Source: Clostridia bacterium (lineage in GTDB: Bacteria; Bacillota; Clostridia; Oscillospirales; CAG-272). From it: 64,000 nt of DNA. A model generated the notes under the pieces. It searched no databases. It had not been told where the DNA came from and was given only the letters and a program-made list of their open reading frames with translations. Numbering within the stretch: position 1 is the first letter of the stretch; each line of letters opens with the position of its first letter. This document shows, piece by piece, positions 8,672-18,763 of the stretch. Both the position numbers and the translations under genes were made by a program. The stretch is taken from the NCBI GenBank assembly GCA_017646745.1, contig JAGCLY010000003.1, positions 3,495-67,494 of the forward strand. Reading direction: 5' to 3'.

Positions 8672-9379
8672 ATGGAATACAGAATGAAAACAGAGGTGGA
8701 TGTGCACGACGTTGACTATAACGGAATTGCACGAGCCTCGTCGATATTAAAATATATGCAAAGCGCCGCACAAAGCCAGCTTACCGAGAGCGGAATGTCC
8801 TACGATAATTTGAAAAATAACAACAGGGCCTTTATCCTCTCCCGTCTCAAGCTTGAAATATTAAAGCCACTTAAGGCGCACACCCCGATAAGCGCCATAA
8901 CCTACCCCTGTGAGAGCCGCGGATTCAGCTTCCTACGCTGTTACGCTATCGAATGCGACGGCGAGGTGGTGGCAAGAGCTATATCGGTTTGGGCACTGGT
9001 TGATACTACAAACAGATCGTTGGTAAAAGTAAGGGACTTTGACCTCGGTTTGCCCACTCTGCCCCAAAACGGACTTACTGTCGGAGCAACAAAGATGCCG
9101 AGCACGCTTGTGGACATAGGCGGATACGGGGTTCACTACGGTGACGTAGACCAGAACAGACACATGAATAATACACGTTATCCAGATATGTACTCAAACT
9201 TCCTTCCCCTGCATGGAAAAATGATACGCTCGATCACCATTAATTATTCAAACGAGGCGCAGATTGGCGAAAAGCTCAGGGTTCAGCGTGCCGAGGAAAA
9301 CGGTTATTTTTATTTCCGCACAGTCAGGGGCGACGGACGTACCAATTCCGAGGCTCAGATCGAGCTTTGCGACATATAA
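8672..9379 (+). CDS. Acyl-ACP thioesterase
   Basis: Double hot-dog layout with VHYGDVDQNRHMNNTRYPDMY in the second half, typical of the FatA/B-like bacterial acyl-ACP thioesterase family. Confidence 0.72.
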   Translation: MEYRMKTEVDVHDVDYNGIARASSILKYMQSAAQSQLTESGMSYDNLKNNNRAFILSRLKLEILKPLKAHTPISAITYPCESRGFSFLRCYAIECDGEVVARAISVWALVDTTNRSLVKVRDFDLGLPTLPQNGLTVGATKMPSTLVDIGGYGVHYGDVDQNRHMNNTRYPDMYSNFLPLHGKMIRSITINYSNEAQIGEKLRVQRAEENGYFYFRTVRGDGRTNSEAQIELCDI

Positions 9380-9502
9380 AACCGGTATTGCATTGTTTTT
9401 CTTGCTTTTCACCTGTCAAAATAGCATAAAAGCATATTTTTTACGAGCTTTTTCTGCTTTTTTCACCGTTTGATGAAACAAAACATGTCATAATATGATA
9501 CT

Positions 9503-9541
9503 AAAAAAATAAAGGGCGATTAATTCGCCCTTTATTTTTTA
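9503..9541. terminator. Bidirectional rho-independent terminator
   Basis: AAAAAAATAAAGGGCGA-TTAAT-TCGCCCTTTATTTTTT. Confidence 0.75.
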
Positions 9542-9671
9542 TCAAAAGGTCAACATTTGCAATACATTTAGATAACGACAAAAAGAGAGAAAATTTTACC
9601 CCACATTTCTCAACGACATTAATAATAAAAATATGATACAATATCATTGAATAAAATACAGGGGGAATATT

Positions 9672-9965
9672 ATGAAGCAAGCAACAGCAGGAAATGTAAT
9701 AATCAAAGAAGAGCGCATATGTGACGGTTACTCTTATACATACGAGCTTATCCATCGTGAGGGTGTACGCACAGATGATTTCAGACTGCCACTTTACTCT
9801 ATGCGTGTATCAATGACCGATAGCCAAGGATGCACCAGCCAAAGGGAGGCAAGAGATATATTTACAGACAAGCATAAAGCGGAAAAACTCTTTTATAGGT
9901 TAGTTGAAAATCTGGCTACACCAATCGACCTTGGATACGTGATAGAGGATGAAGTAAGAAATTAA
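9672..9965 (+). CDS. Hypothetical 97-aa protein
   Basis: Good SD (CAGGGGGAATATT-ATG) and an extended -10 (TGATACAAT) upstream. I recognise no motif. Confidence 0.55.
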   Translation: MKQATAGNVIIKEERICDGYSYTYELIHREGVRTDDFRLPLYSMRVSMTDSQGCTSQREARDIFTDKHKAEKLFYRLVENLATPIDLGYVIEDEVRN

Positions 9966-10070
9966 TATGCTTATGATCTAATGAAGTCCGGCGGATGCTT
10001 TGCCTTTAATTTTTGTGAATAAATCAATTCATCATCGTCCATAATTACCTCACAAACAGGAGGTAAAAAA

Positions 10071-10670
10071 ATGAAAAGTTTGATTAAATGGACGGTAACA
10101 CTAATGATCGTTACCATGATTATCGGCATATTGCCAACAGAGGCAGAGGGAGAAATATATGAGGATACCCTGCGGCTACATATATTAGCCAACTCGGACT
10201 CTAACGAGGATCAGGCGCTGAAAATAAAGCTCAGGGACAAGATTCTGACAAAATACGGCAATCTCCTCAGCCGCAGAGAATCTATATCAGAGGCCATAGA
10301 GAAGATAACCGAGCTTTTGCCTGAAATCAAGGCCGATGCAGGTCGGTGGATTGCCGAGATGGGGTATGATTACAAGGTGGATGCCCTCATCGGCGAGGAG
10401 TGGTATGAAAGGCGAGAATACGAAGACTTTTCCCTGCCGGCAGGATACTATGTCTCTCTGCGTATAATAATCGGCGAGGGCGAGGGACAAAACTGGTGGT
10501 GCGTGATGTTTCCCCCGCTTTGCATGGAGATTGCAACCGAGGCCGCCCCACCGGATGACGGAGTTATTAACTATACAAAGGAGGAGCTGCTTTTGATTTC
10601 CTCCTCTGGATATCAGGTTAAATTCAAAATTTTAGAGGAACTTTCGCGTGTCTTTGCAAAAAACAGTTGA
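10071..10670 (+). CDS. spoIIR: Stage II sporulation protein R
   Basis: LRLHILANSDSNEDQALKIKLRD and NWWCVMFPPLC signature segments. Signal peptide present; AGGAGG SD. Confidence 0.9.
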   Translation: MKSLIKWTVTLMIVTMIIGILPTEAEGEIYEDTLRLHILANSDSNEDQALKIKLRDKILTKYGNLLSRRESISEAIEKITELLPEIKADAGRWIAEMGYDYKVDALIGEEWYERREYEDFSLPAGYYVSLRIIIGEGEGQNWWCVMFPPLCMEIATEAAPPDDGVINYTKEELLLISSSGYQVKFKILEELSRVFAKNS

Positions 10671-10725
10671 TTTCGCAGAAAAAATATGATAGGATATATA
10701 TGAAAATCAACTAAGCGAGTGAACT

Positions 10726-11184
10726 ATGAAGATTGAAGGAAAGATTATTGCCGAAAACAGAAAGGCAAGACACGATTATTTTGTAATAGAAACATACGAG
10801 GCAGGAATCGAGCTGTTTGGAACAGAGGTTAAATCTCTGCGTGCCGGAAACGTCAATCTTAAGGACTCCTACTGCGACGTGGACGACGGCGAGCTGTTTG
10901 CTATAGGCATGCATATCAGCCCCTACGAGCAAGGCAACATTTTTAACAAGGATCCCTTAAGGCCTAAAAGACTACTTATGCACAAGAGAGAGATTATGAA
11001 GCTCCACGGCCTTGTAAGCAGAGAGGGTTATACTCTCGTTCCCCTATCGCTCTATTTCAAAGGCTCACGTGTTAAAATGGCGCTCGGACTTTGCAAGGGT
11101 AAAAAGCTTTATGACAAGCGTGACACAGCTGCCAAGAGAGATGCCGACAGAACTATTGAAAAGGCTATGAAGAATAGATTTTAA
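10726..11184 (+). CDS. smpB: SsrA-binding protein
   Basis: [34 protein letters not shown] is a near-consensus SmpB N-terminus. Confidence 0.95.
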   Translation: MKIEGKIIAENRKARHDYFVIETYEAGIELFGTEVKSLRAGNVNLKDSYCDVDDGELFAIGMHISPYEQGNIFNKDPLRPKRLLMHKREIMKLHGLVSREGYTLVPLSLYFKGSRVKMALGLCKGKKLYDKRDTAAKRDADRTIEKAMKNRF

Positions 11185-11194
11185 AAAAGGAAAA

Positions 11195-11225
11195 CGCAGT
11201 CGTAATTTTACGACTGCGTTTTTTA
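11195..11225. terminator. Bidirectional terminator (smpB / cadA)
   Basis: CGCAGTCG-loop-CGACTGCG flanked by an A-run and a T-run. Confidence 0.8.
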
Positions 11226-11230
11226 AATAC

Positions 11231-13087
11231 TCAGGTTATTTTATTTTTTGGCGCAATAAGAGCACGCATTGAATTAAGTATTGCCAGCACGGCGACACCT
11301 ACGTCAGCAAATACAGCCAGCCACATATTGGCAAAGCCGAGTAAGCCGAGAATAAGTATAAGCCCCTTTACTCCAAGCGCAAAAATTATATTCTGCCAAG
11401 AAATATTTATCGTTTTTCTAGCAATAAGTATCATCTCAGGAAGCTTGGAAAGGCTGTCTGTCATAATGACAACATCTGCCGCCTCAATGGCGCTGTCCTG
11501 GCCTACGCCGCCCATTGCGACTCCAACGTCGGCACGTGCCAAGGAGGGAGAGTCGTTTATGCCGTCACCGACGTACATAGTGCTCTTCGAGCTTAAAACG
11601 ATCTCCTCCAGCTTATTGTACTTTTCTTCAGGCGTAAGCTGAAAGCCGATCTCATCAATATTGACAGCGGCTGATACACGCTTTACATTATCTTCCCTGT
11701 CACCTGACAGAATACAGGTGCGCTTAACACCAAGCCTGCGAAGCGAATCAACAGATCCCGCCGCCTCGGATTTGACACTATCAGAAATAACTACTGCTCC
11801 TACGAGAACACCATCCTTTGCCACGTAAACAGATCCGTCGGGTATGTTCAATCCATTCATATTAACCGACAGCTCATGCATAAGAGAAAGGTTGCCAACG
11901 GCGCACTCACAATCATCAAATTTAGCAACAACACCTCGGCCGGCTATTTCGCTCGCAGAGGTAATCGGCAAAATATCATTGGAAGCCGAGCGCAGGCATT
12001 CTGCAACAGGATGATTTGAGGCCTGCTCTGCCGATGCTGCAAGAGAAAGCAGCTCCACCTCGCTTATTCCATAGCATATCACACGGCTGATCTCAAATTT
12101 ACCGTTGGTAATAGTACCTGTTTTGTCAAAGGCAACTGACTCAACAGTAGCAACCTTGGAAAACACGTTGCCCCCCTTAAACAGAATACCGCGTGATGCT
12201 GCGCCACCTATTCCACCAAAGAACGCCATTGGAACCGAAATAACCAGAGCGCATGGACATGAAATTACAAGGAATGTAAGAGCAGTATATACGGAATCCT
12301 CAAGGTTCTTCAAGCCAAAAACAGGAGGAAGTATTGCCACAAGCAGTGCAATGATAACAACTGCCGGTGTATAGTATTTCGAGAAGGAGGTTATAAAGCT
12401 TTCCTCCTTTGATTTACTCTCATTAGCATTTTCAACCAAGGAAAGAATTCTCGCAGCGGCAGATTCATCTGATAATCGTACCGTTCTCGCCTTAAGCATA
12501 CCGTTCATTACTATGTATCCGCTGAAAAGCTCGGAGCCGGGGCTAACCGACACAGGCAGAGATTCGCCGGTCATGCTTGAGGTATCCACGTCGGCATTTC
12601 CACTGATTACAACAGAATCGATTGGTACCCTCTCGCCGGGGCGAATGACAATTACACTATCTACCTCAACGTCCTCGGCATCAACAGTCTGCTCAACTCC
12701 GTCTACAACAACGCAGGCCTCATCGGGACAGATATCCATAAGAGAACGAATAGAAGCACGCGAACGGCGAACAGCATAATGCTCGAAGGTTTCGCCAACA
12801 AGGAAAAACAGCATTACCGCCACACCCTCACGCCACTCTCCAACTATCATTGCACCAACGGATGCAATGGACATAAGGAACTTTTCATCAAGCAGATCAC
12901 GGCGCAATATGCCTCTTACAGCATCAACAAACACCCTGCCGCCGGAGAGTAAAAGTGCAACGATATACATCGCAAGCGCACCTACTTTACTGACAGTCTG
13001 CTCAAGAATAAGTGCCGAAATGAAGAAAATCAGAGCCAGTATTATCCTTGCCAAATCAGATTTTAAAAAGTGTAAAAGCTTGGTCAT
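11231..13087 (-). CDS. cadA: Heavy-metal (Cd/Zn/Co-type) translocating P1B-ATPase
   Basis: CPC transmembrane metal site (SCPCALVISVP), DKTGTIT phosphorylation motif and GDGINDSP hinge. Confidence 0.9.
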   Translation of the reverse strand: MTKLLHFLKSDLARIILALIFFISALILEQTVSKVGALAMYIVALLLSGGRVFVDAVRGILRRDLLDEKFLMSIASVGAMIVGEWREGVAVMLFFLVGETFEHYAVRRSRASIRSLMDICPDEACVVVDGVEQTVDAEDVEVDSVIVIRPGERVPIDSVVISGNADVDTSSMTGESLPVSVSPGSELFSGYIVMNGMLKARTVRLSDESAAARILSLVENANESKSKEESFITSFSKYYTPAVVIIALLVAILPPVFGLKNLEDSVYTALTFLVISCPCALVISVPMAFFGGIGGAASRGILFKGGNVFSKVATVESVAFDKTGTITNGKFEISRVICYGISEVELLSLAASAEQASNHPVAECLRSASNDILPITSASEIAGRGVVAKFDDCECAVGNLSLMHELSVNMNGLNIPDGSVYVAKDGVLVGAVVISDSVKSEAAGSVDSLRRLGVKRTCILSGDREDNVKRVSAAVNIDEIGFQLTPEEKYNKLEEIVLSSKSTMYVGDGINDSPSLARADVGVAMGGVGQDSAIEAADVVIMTDSLSKLPEMILIARKTINISWQNIIFALGVKGLILILGLLGFANMWLAVFADVGVAVLAILNSMRALIAPKNKIT

Positions 13088-13299
13088 TTCTCTATTTTGA
13101 TACCCTTTTCAAATGCGGTAGCAGCCGCTGAAAGCAGCTTGTATGCCTGCTGCTCGTCAAGCTCGGTTTCAACCGTAAGCTTCTCGGTCAGGAAATTGAT
13201 CTTAGCCGATTCGATTCCGTTAATATTGCTCATCTGTCCTGCCAGCTTTGCGGCACAGTTGGGACAATCAAGTCCCGTAATAGTGTACTTAATCTTCAT
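13084..13299 (-). CDS. Heavy-metal-associated (HMA) domain protein, stand-alone
   Basis: GLDCPNCAAK is a CxxC metal-binding loop. There is a 4-nt overlap with the cadA start. Confidence 0.8.
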   Translation of the reverse strand: MKIKYTITGLDCPNCAAKLAGQMSNINGIESAKINFLTEKLTVETELDEQQAYKLLSAAATAFEKGIKIEK

Positions 13300-13314
13300 A
13301 TGTGTAATCCTTTC

Positions 13315-13680
13315 TTACTCCTTGATATGCTCAAGGGCCTTTTCAATAATATCACGAACATGGTCGTCAGCCAGGGTATAGAAAACATTTTTGCCCGATT
13401 TACGGTATGTAACAAGATCGCTACGGCGTAGAATCTTGAGCTGATGGGAAACAGCTGACTTGGTCATGCCGAGCAGCTCAGCAATATCACATACGCACAT
13501 AGGCTCGCCGTCTATGGCAAACAAAATGCTTACCCTTGTAGAATCACCAAGTATTTTAAAAAAATCCGACAGATCGTAAAGCGTACTTTCGTCGGGCATG
13601 GCTTCCCTCTTTTTATCAACGACCTCACTATGTATCTCCTCGCACTCACAGGCGGGGATGTTCTTTTCATATAGCTCCAT
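13315..13680 (-). CDS. cadC: ArsR/SmtB-family metalloregulator (CadC-like)
   Basis: CVCDIAELLGMTKSAVSHQLKILR (the HTH and the alpha-3 CxC site). The start is set at MELYEKN because AGAGGT lies 7 nt upstream. Confidence 0.85.
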   Translation of the reverse strand: MELYEKNIPACECEEIHSEVVDKKREAMPDESTLYDLSDFFKILGDSTRVSILFAIDGEPMCVCDIAELLGMTKSAVSHQLKILRRSDLVTYRKSGKNVFYTLADDHVRDIIEKALEHIKE

Positions 13681-13704
13681 TTTGCTTACCTCTTTTTTGT
13701 AACA

Positions 13705-13761
13705 GTTGAACAATTGTTCAACCGTTTATTGCATTATATCAGTTTTTCCCTTCCTTGTCAA
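13705..13761 (-). promoter_or_regulatory. cadC-operon promoter with palindromic operator
   Basis: On the minus strand: TTGACA (13761..13756), a 17-nt spacer, then TGaTATAAT (..13733). A perfect 18-bp palindrome, GTTGAACAATTGTTCAAC (13705..13722), lies just downstream of the -10. Confidence 0.65.
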
Positions 13762-13856
13762 TAGATTTTTTAATTTATTCTGAATTTGCATTATTTCCTT
13801 GAAATTTTGCGAACGATGTGATAAAATCTATGTAGAAGGAAAGCGAGGACGGTTTT

Positions 13857-14180
13857 ATGGAAAAACTAAAGAAATTTTTAAATATGTTCAACATCTTTGA
13901 GCTCAACCTGAGCGCAAGATCGTATAAGTCGGGCATAATCAGAATAATCGTATCTCTGTTAATAATATTCGCCGTATGCCTTTTCAGATTTAGTATAACC
14001 ATTACCAATGCGGCGGTGAATATTGTTGTATCGCTATTACTTCTTGCAATAATGATTATGTGCATACTTTGCTTCTTCATTGCATCGGTAGAGTGCCTAC
14101 AGGTGGGTGACAATCGCAAAAAGGATAAGGAAAGAGCGGCTCTTGACAGCAGATACATCAACAATAACAATAATAAATAA
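13857..14180 (+). CDS. Hypothetical small membrane protein (2 predicted TM helices)
   Basis: Two hydrophobic stretches (IIRIIVSLLIIFAVCLF and IVVSLLLLAIMIMCILCFFIA). The competing minus-strand ORF looks like low-complexity antisense. Confidence 0.4.
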   Translation: MEKLKKFLNMFNIFELNLSARSYKSGIIRIIVSLLIIFAVCLFRFSITITNAAVNIVVSLLLLAIMIMCILCFFIASVECLQVGDNRKKDKERAALDSRYINNNNNK

Positions 14181-14233
14181 AAAAAGCTCCCGACACCGCA
14201 CTCTCAGACGGATATCGGGAGCTTTTATCTAAT

Positions 14234-14461
14234 TTAAACCGTGAATTTGCTAAGCTTTTCAAAAATAGCATCCACGTTATCGCTGTGAGCAACGAGGGTG
14301 ATGGGAGAGAGTAAATCAAGGGAAAAGATGCCCATAATGGACTTAGCGTCAATTACGTATCTGCCCTGAACAAGGTCAACGTCGTAGTCTGCAAGTATAA
14401 TCACGTTAACAAACTCTCTTATGTCCTGTACATTGCTGAGCTTGATTTTAAGTTCCTTCAT
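14234..14461 (-). CDS. HPr/Crh-like domain protein lacking the His15 phosphorylation site
   Basis: VIDAKSIMGIFSL matches the HPr Ser46 region (KSIMG). There is no His in the N-terminal segment where His15 would lie. Confidence 0.6.
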   Translation of the reverse strand: MKELKIKLSNVQDIREFVNVIILADYDVDLVQGRYVIDAKSIMGIFSLDLLSPITLVAHSDNVDAIFEKLSKFTV

Positions 14462-14661
14462 TTTTATTTACCTTTCAGAATTTGTTATCTTACAGGATAA
14501 TTATATCAAACAAAAATCAAAATGTCAACCAAAATATGTCAAATCCGGGCACATCGGTAATATATTTTTTCCAAAAGATGTTTTTCTTGCTCTTGCCATT
14601 GACTTTTTTAATAATTAATGATAAAATATATGTTGGTATAATATGAGTTTAAAAGGGAGGG

Positions 14662-15705
14662 ATGCGTGTGAGAACCTATTTTACAAGGTTGATAGGTAAT
14701 GAAGATACCAAGCAACGCCTTGGAAGGGCAATCGAATCAAATACCCTGCCCCACGCATTTCTTATCAGCGGCCAAAGCGGCAGCGGTAAATCCACCCTTG
14801 CAACCGAGCTTGCAGCCGCATTGAACTGCATTGATGGTCATAGCGGTATGCTCCCCTGCGGAAAATGTAATAACTGTCGCAGAATTTATGACGGAAACTA
14901 TCCCGACGTAAAAATTCTTGCCAAAAAAAAGGACAAGGCTACGCTGGGCGTAGAGGCCGTCAAAGATTTTCGAGAGGATATGTTTCTCTCGTCCACAGAG
15001 TCGGAGAATAAAATTTATATTATAGATGATGCCGAGTGTATGACACCCGAAGCGCAAAACGCCCTGCTTAAGGTGCTGGAAGAGCCGCCGAAGGCCGTCA
15101 GAATAATTCTGCTCGCCACCGAATGCGACAGGATCCTTACCACCATCAAGAGCCGTGCACAATATATTGCGATGGGTCGATTTGACGACGAGGCTCTCGC
15201 TGAAAAGCTGCTGGCGACCAGCGCCGAGGCAAGAGCAATGAAGGCCGCAGATGAAGCGAAATTCATGTCGCTTATTATGAGTGCGGATGGAAGGCTAGGA
15301 TTAGCAAAGGCGCTTCTTAACAAACGCATGTCAGATGAAATCGAAGAGGAGCGAGGCGATATACTCAGCTTGATACGTGCCGTAGGACAAAAGTCAAGCT
15401 ACGCCGATATTCACAGTGCCATATCACGCTTCCCAAGTAAGAGAGCCGACCTGCTTATAGCACTTGAAAGACTTATGAGCGCAATAAGAGACCTGACGAT
15501 AATCAAGTACGACCCCCGTGCGAAGACGGTGTTCTTCCCCTCTGCATCCGAGGCCGAAAGGCTGTGCGGAAATATCAGCAGCAAAAGGCTGATTGCCCTT
15601 TATGACGCAGTAAACGAGGCGCACGTGTTATGCATGAGAAATGCAAATATAACCAACATCATAGCAAACCTTGCCTCAAAAATCAGACTTGCTACAAACA
15701 ATTAA
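14662..15705 (+). CDS. holB: DNA polymerase III delta' subunit
   Basis: The P-loop-like GQSGSGKST and zinc module CGKCNNCRR are typical of HolB/DnaX N-termini. A GTG at 14668 is an alternative start with better SD spacing. Confidence 0.85.
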   Translation: MRVRTYFTRLIGNEDTKQRLGRAIESNTLPHAFLISGQSGSGKSTLATELAAALNCIDGHSGMLPCGKCNNCRRIYDGNYPDVKILAKKKDKATLGVEAVKDFREDMFLSSTESENKIYIIDDAECMTPEAQNALLKVLEEPPKAVRIILLATECDRILTTIKSRAQYIAMGRFDDEALAEKLLATSAEARAMKAADEAKFMSLIMSADGRLGLAKALLNKRMSDEIEEERGDILSLIRAVGQKSSYADIHSAISRFPSKRADLLIALERLMSAIRDLTIIKYDPRAKTVFFPSASEAERLCGNISSKRLIALYDAVNEAHVLCMRNANITNIIANLASKIRLATNN

Positions 15706-15732
15706 CAGAAAACAAGGAAAAAGGAAAGAAAA

Positions 15733-16662
15733 ATGTCCGAAGAAATAATGAATCCAAAAGAAACCGAGATAAATGCCGAGGTTGAGTCCCTCCCCGAAAA
15801 GGTAGAGGTTGTAGGCGTTAACTTCCGTGAGGCTGGAAAGATATACTTCTTTGCCCCCGGTAACATAAGCCTGTCCGTGGGTCAGAGGGTCATCGTAGAA
15901 ACCTCCAGAGGCGTTGAGCTCGGTATAGTAAAGATCGCAAACAAGACTATAAAGAGTGAGGAAATCGTTTCTCCTCTTAAGCCTATCACAAGAGTGGCGA
16001 CCGAGGCGGATATTCAGCACTATGAAAGAAACCGTGCCGCTGAGCAAGAGGCTATGGCAATATGTCAGAAGAAGGTTGAGGCTCACTCGCTTGGTATGAA
16101 GCTTGTAGGTGCGGAATACACCTTTGACAACTCTAAGCTTATATTCTACTTCACCTGCGAATCAAGAGTAGACTTCAGAGAGCTTGTGCGTGACCTTGCA
16201 TCCACATTCCGTACCAGAATAGAATTAAGACAGATCGGTATCCGTGACGAGGCAAAAATGCTCGGCGGCATCGGTGTGTGCGGCAGAAAGCTTTGCTGTG
16301 CAAACTTCCTGTCGGATTTTGTACAGGTATCTATCAAAATGGCAAAGGAGCAGAATTTCTCGCTCAATTCCTCCAAGGTATCCGGCGCTTGCGGCAGGCT
16401 TATGTGCTGTTTACGCTACGAGCATGAGATATATGAAGAAGCAATCAAGCAGACACCCGGCAACGGATCTGTTGTCAAAACTCCCGACGGCGTTGGCGTA
16501 GTTATTGAAACAAAGCCGTTGGCAAGAGAGATAAAGGTTAGGCTGAACGACAACGACAAGGACGCTCCCAAGCTTTACAAGTGTGCTGACGTTAAGGTTA
16601 TTTCCCGCCCCGGAAAGCAGGCAAACAAGGAAAAAGATGACGAGGAAATAATAGAAGATTAA
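15733..16662 (+). CDS. ricT: PSP1-domain protein (stage 0 sporulation protein YaaT / RicT)
   Basis: It occupies the conserved position after holB. It carries the Cys-rich PSP1 core (GVCGRKLCCANFL ... CGRLMCCLRYE). Confidence 0.85.
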   Translation: MSEEIMNPKETEINAEVESLPEKVEVVGVNFREAGKIYFFAPGNISLSVGQRVIVETSRGVELGIVKIANKTIKSEEIVSPLKPITRVATEADIQHYERNRAAEQEAMAICQKKVEAHSLGMKLVGAEYTFDNSKLIFYFTCESRVDFRELVRDLASTFRTRIELRQIGIRDEAKMLGGIGVCGRKLCCANFLSDFVQVSIKMAKEQNFSLNSSKVSGACGRLMCCLRYEHEIYEEAIKQTPGNGSVVKTPDGVGVVIETKPLAREIKVRLNDNDKDAPKLYKCADVKVISRPGKQANKEKDDEEIIED

Positions 16663-16770
16663 TTTTTTCATACTAAATTTTATTTTTTCACAACTTTTTT
16701 ATAAAATAGACTTGATTTTTTTCACAGATATGATAAAATAGATGTGACAACAAATATGGAGGTTAGTCAA

Positions 16771-16941
16771 ATGGCATACAAAATTTCCGATGAGTGCATC
16801 AGCTGCGGCGCATGCACCGATGCTTGTCCTGTAGGTTGCATTTCCGAGGGCGACGGCAAGTACGTTATCAATTCTGACGAGTGCATCAGCTGTGGCGCAT
16901 GTGCAGACGCATGTCCTGTAGCAGCTCCTGCAGAGGAATAA
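16771..16941 (+). CDS. fdx: 2x[4Fe-4S] clostridial-type ferredoxin (56 aa)
   Basis: Two CxxCxxCxxxCP motifs (CISCGACTDACP, CISCGACADACP). GGAGG lies 8 nt upstream of the ATG at 16771. Confidence 0.92.
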   Translation: MAYKISDECISCGACTDACPVGCISEGDGKYVINSDECISCGACADACPVAAPAEE

Positions 16942-16975
16942 TTAGTACTTATTCCCCATGAGGGAAACGAAAAAA

Positions 16976-17000
16976 GCGGGGATAACTCTCCGCTTTTTTT
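16976..17000 (+). terminator. Rho-independent terminator
   Basis: GCGGGG-loop-CTCCGC followed by TTTTTTT. Confidence 0.7.
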
Positions 17001-17028
17001 CTGTAAAAACACCGAGGTATTTTTTAGT

Positions 17029-17763
17029 ATGGAAAGACAAGATTTTGTAAACGATAAGCTGAGCCTTATTCAGGAGACCGACGGATTGACCTTTGGTACC
17101 GATGCCCTGCTGCTTGCCGGCTATATAAACGGCAAATTCGGTCGTGGCTGCGAGTTTGGAAGTGGAAGTGGAATTATATCAATGCTGCTATTGACAAGAG
17201 AAAAGCTGGCGCATGCCACAGCCCTTGAGGTACAGGAGAAATATGCCGATCTCACCAAAAGAAATGCCGAGCTTAACGGCCTTACAGAAAGACTTAGCGC
17301 CGTACATACCGATCTTAGAGATTACAAGCCACCATTCGAGTTCGATATAATTTATTCTAACCCTCCTTATATGAAGACCGATTCCGGCAAAAAAAATGTT
17401 GATGATAAGAAAAATATAGCCCGTCACGAGGTGTGCGGAGATATATATGATTTTTGTCGTGCAGCAACTAGAATGTTAAAATTCGGTGGATGTTTTACGG
17501 CAGTTTACAGAACAGACCGTCTGGTTGATATGATCGATGCTATGAGAACCGCTAGACTGGAGCCAAAGCGCATCACCTTCGTACACGCAGACACCGAGAG
17601 TGAGCCCTCCATGGCGCTGATCGAGGGGAAATCAGGTAGAAGATGTGGAATTAAGGTTACAAGGCCACTGATAATTTATACCGATAAATCCCATCGGGAG
17701 TATACCGATGATATGAAATACATTATGGAGAACGGAAGCTTCCCTTCCGGATATAAAAGATAA
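17029..17763 (+). CDS. SAM-dependent N6-adenine methyltransferase, tRNA1(Val) m6A37 (YfiC/TrmN6)-like
   Basis: NPPY catalytic motif (YSNPPYMK) and a GSGSGII SAM-binding loop. Confidence 0.72.
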   Translation: MERQDFVNDKLSLIQETDGLTFGTDALLLAGYINGKFGRGCEFGSGSGIISMLLLTREKLAHATALEVQEKYADLTKRNAELNGLTERLSAVHTDLRDYKPPFEFDIIYSNPPYMKTDSGKKNVDDKKNIARHEVCGDIYDFCRAATRMLKFGGCFTAVYRTDRLVDMIDAMRTARLEPKRITFVHADTESEPSMALIEGKSGRRCGIKVTRPLIIYTDKSHREYTDDMKYIMENGSFPSGYKR

Positions 17764-18626
17764 TGAGTGACGAAAAAAACAAGGTTCTGAAATCCACCCT
17801 ATATCTTGTGGCGACGCCCATTGGAAATATGGCTGACATTTCAGAGAGAGCAATAAAGGTACTGAGCGAGGTCGATTTTATTGCAGCCGAGGATACCAGA
17901 AATTCCGCAAGACTGCTTAGCGTATTGGGAATAAAAAAAGAACTGGTAAGCTATCATGAGCATAACAAAAAGGTGAGCGGCGAAAGGCTTGTTGCCAGAA
18001 TGCTGTGCGGCGACTCCTGCGCACTTATAACCGATGCAGGAATGCCCGCAATTAGCGACCCCGGAGAGGATATAGTCAAGCTGTGCGCAGAGGCAGGCAT
18101 AACCGTTACTGTAATCCCCGGAGCATGTGCAGCTGTCAGCGCCCTTTCGGTATCCGGTCTTGCCACAGGAAGGTTTGCCTTTGAGGGCTTCCTCTCCGCT
18201 AACAAGGGTGAAAGAAAAAAACAGCTTGAAAAAGTAAAAAACGAGGATAGAACTCTCATTTTCTATGAGGCTCCGCACAAGCTTAGAAACACACTTGCAG
18301 ATATGGCGGAAATTTTTAGTACTGATAGAAAAATATCACTCTGCCGTGAATTAACCAAGATAAATGAAGAAATAAAACGTACAACGCTAGGTAACGCAAT
18401 CGCATTTTACGAGGCGAACGATCCCCGCGGAGAGTATGTTTTAATCGTTGAAGGATTCAGCGGCAAGGTCGAGGACGACGGAATCAAGGAGCTGCTTTTA
18501 CTCTCCCCCGAGGAGCACGTTGAAAGATACGTTGCGGAGGGAATGTCTCGCATGGATGCCACCAAGCGAGCAGCGAAGGACAGAGGGATGTCAAAATCCG
18601 AGCTGTACAAGATCATTAATACATAA
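17763..18626 (+). CDS. rsmI: 16S rRNA (cytidine1402-2'-O)-methyltransferase
   Basis: LYLVATPIGNMADISERAIKVL is the N-terminal signature of RsmI. Confidence 0.9.
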   Translation: MSDEKNKVLKSTLYLVATPIGNMADISERAIKVLSEVDFIAAEDTRNSARLLSVLGIKKELVSYHEHNKKVSGERLVARMLCGDSCALITDAGMPAISDPGEDIVKLCAEAGITVTVIPGACAAVSALSVSGLATGRFAFEGFLSANKGERKKQLEKVKNEDRTLIFYEAPHKLRNTLADMAEIFSTDRKISLCRELTKINEEIKRTTLGNAIAFYEANDPRGEYVLIVEGFSGKVEDDGIKELLLLSPEEHVERYVAEGMSRMDATKRAAKDRGMSKSELYKIINT

Positions 18627-18631
18627 GCCAA

Positions 18632-18678
18632 CAGACCCAGCCGAAGACAAGCTTTTTGGTTGGGTCTGCTTTATTTGT
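18632..18678 (+). terminator. Rho-independent terminator
   Basis: An 11-bp stem (CAGACCCAGCC / GGTTGGGTCTG) followed by a T-rich tail. Confidence 0.7.
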
Positions 18679-18763
18679 GTTAAAATATTTGTAAAAGATA
18701 TTGTAATTTTAAAACAAATATGGTAAAATATATTATTACTTTAGACGAAAGGCGGTGCTTCAG

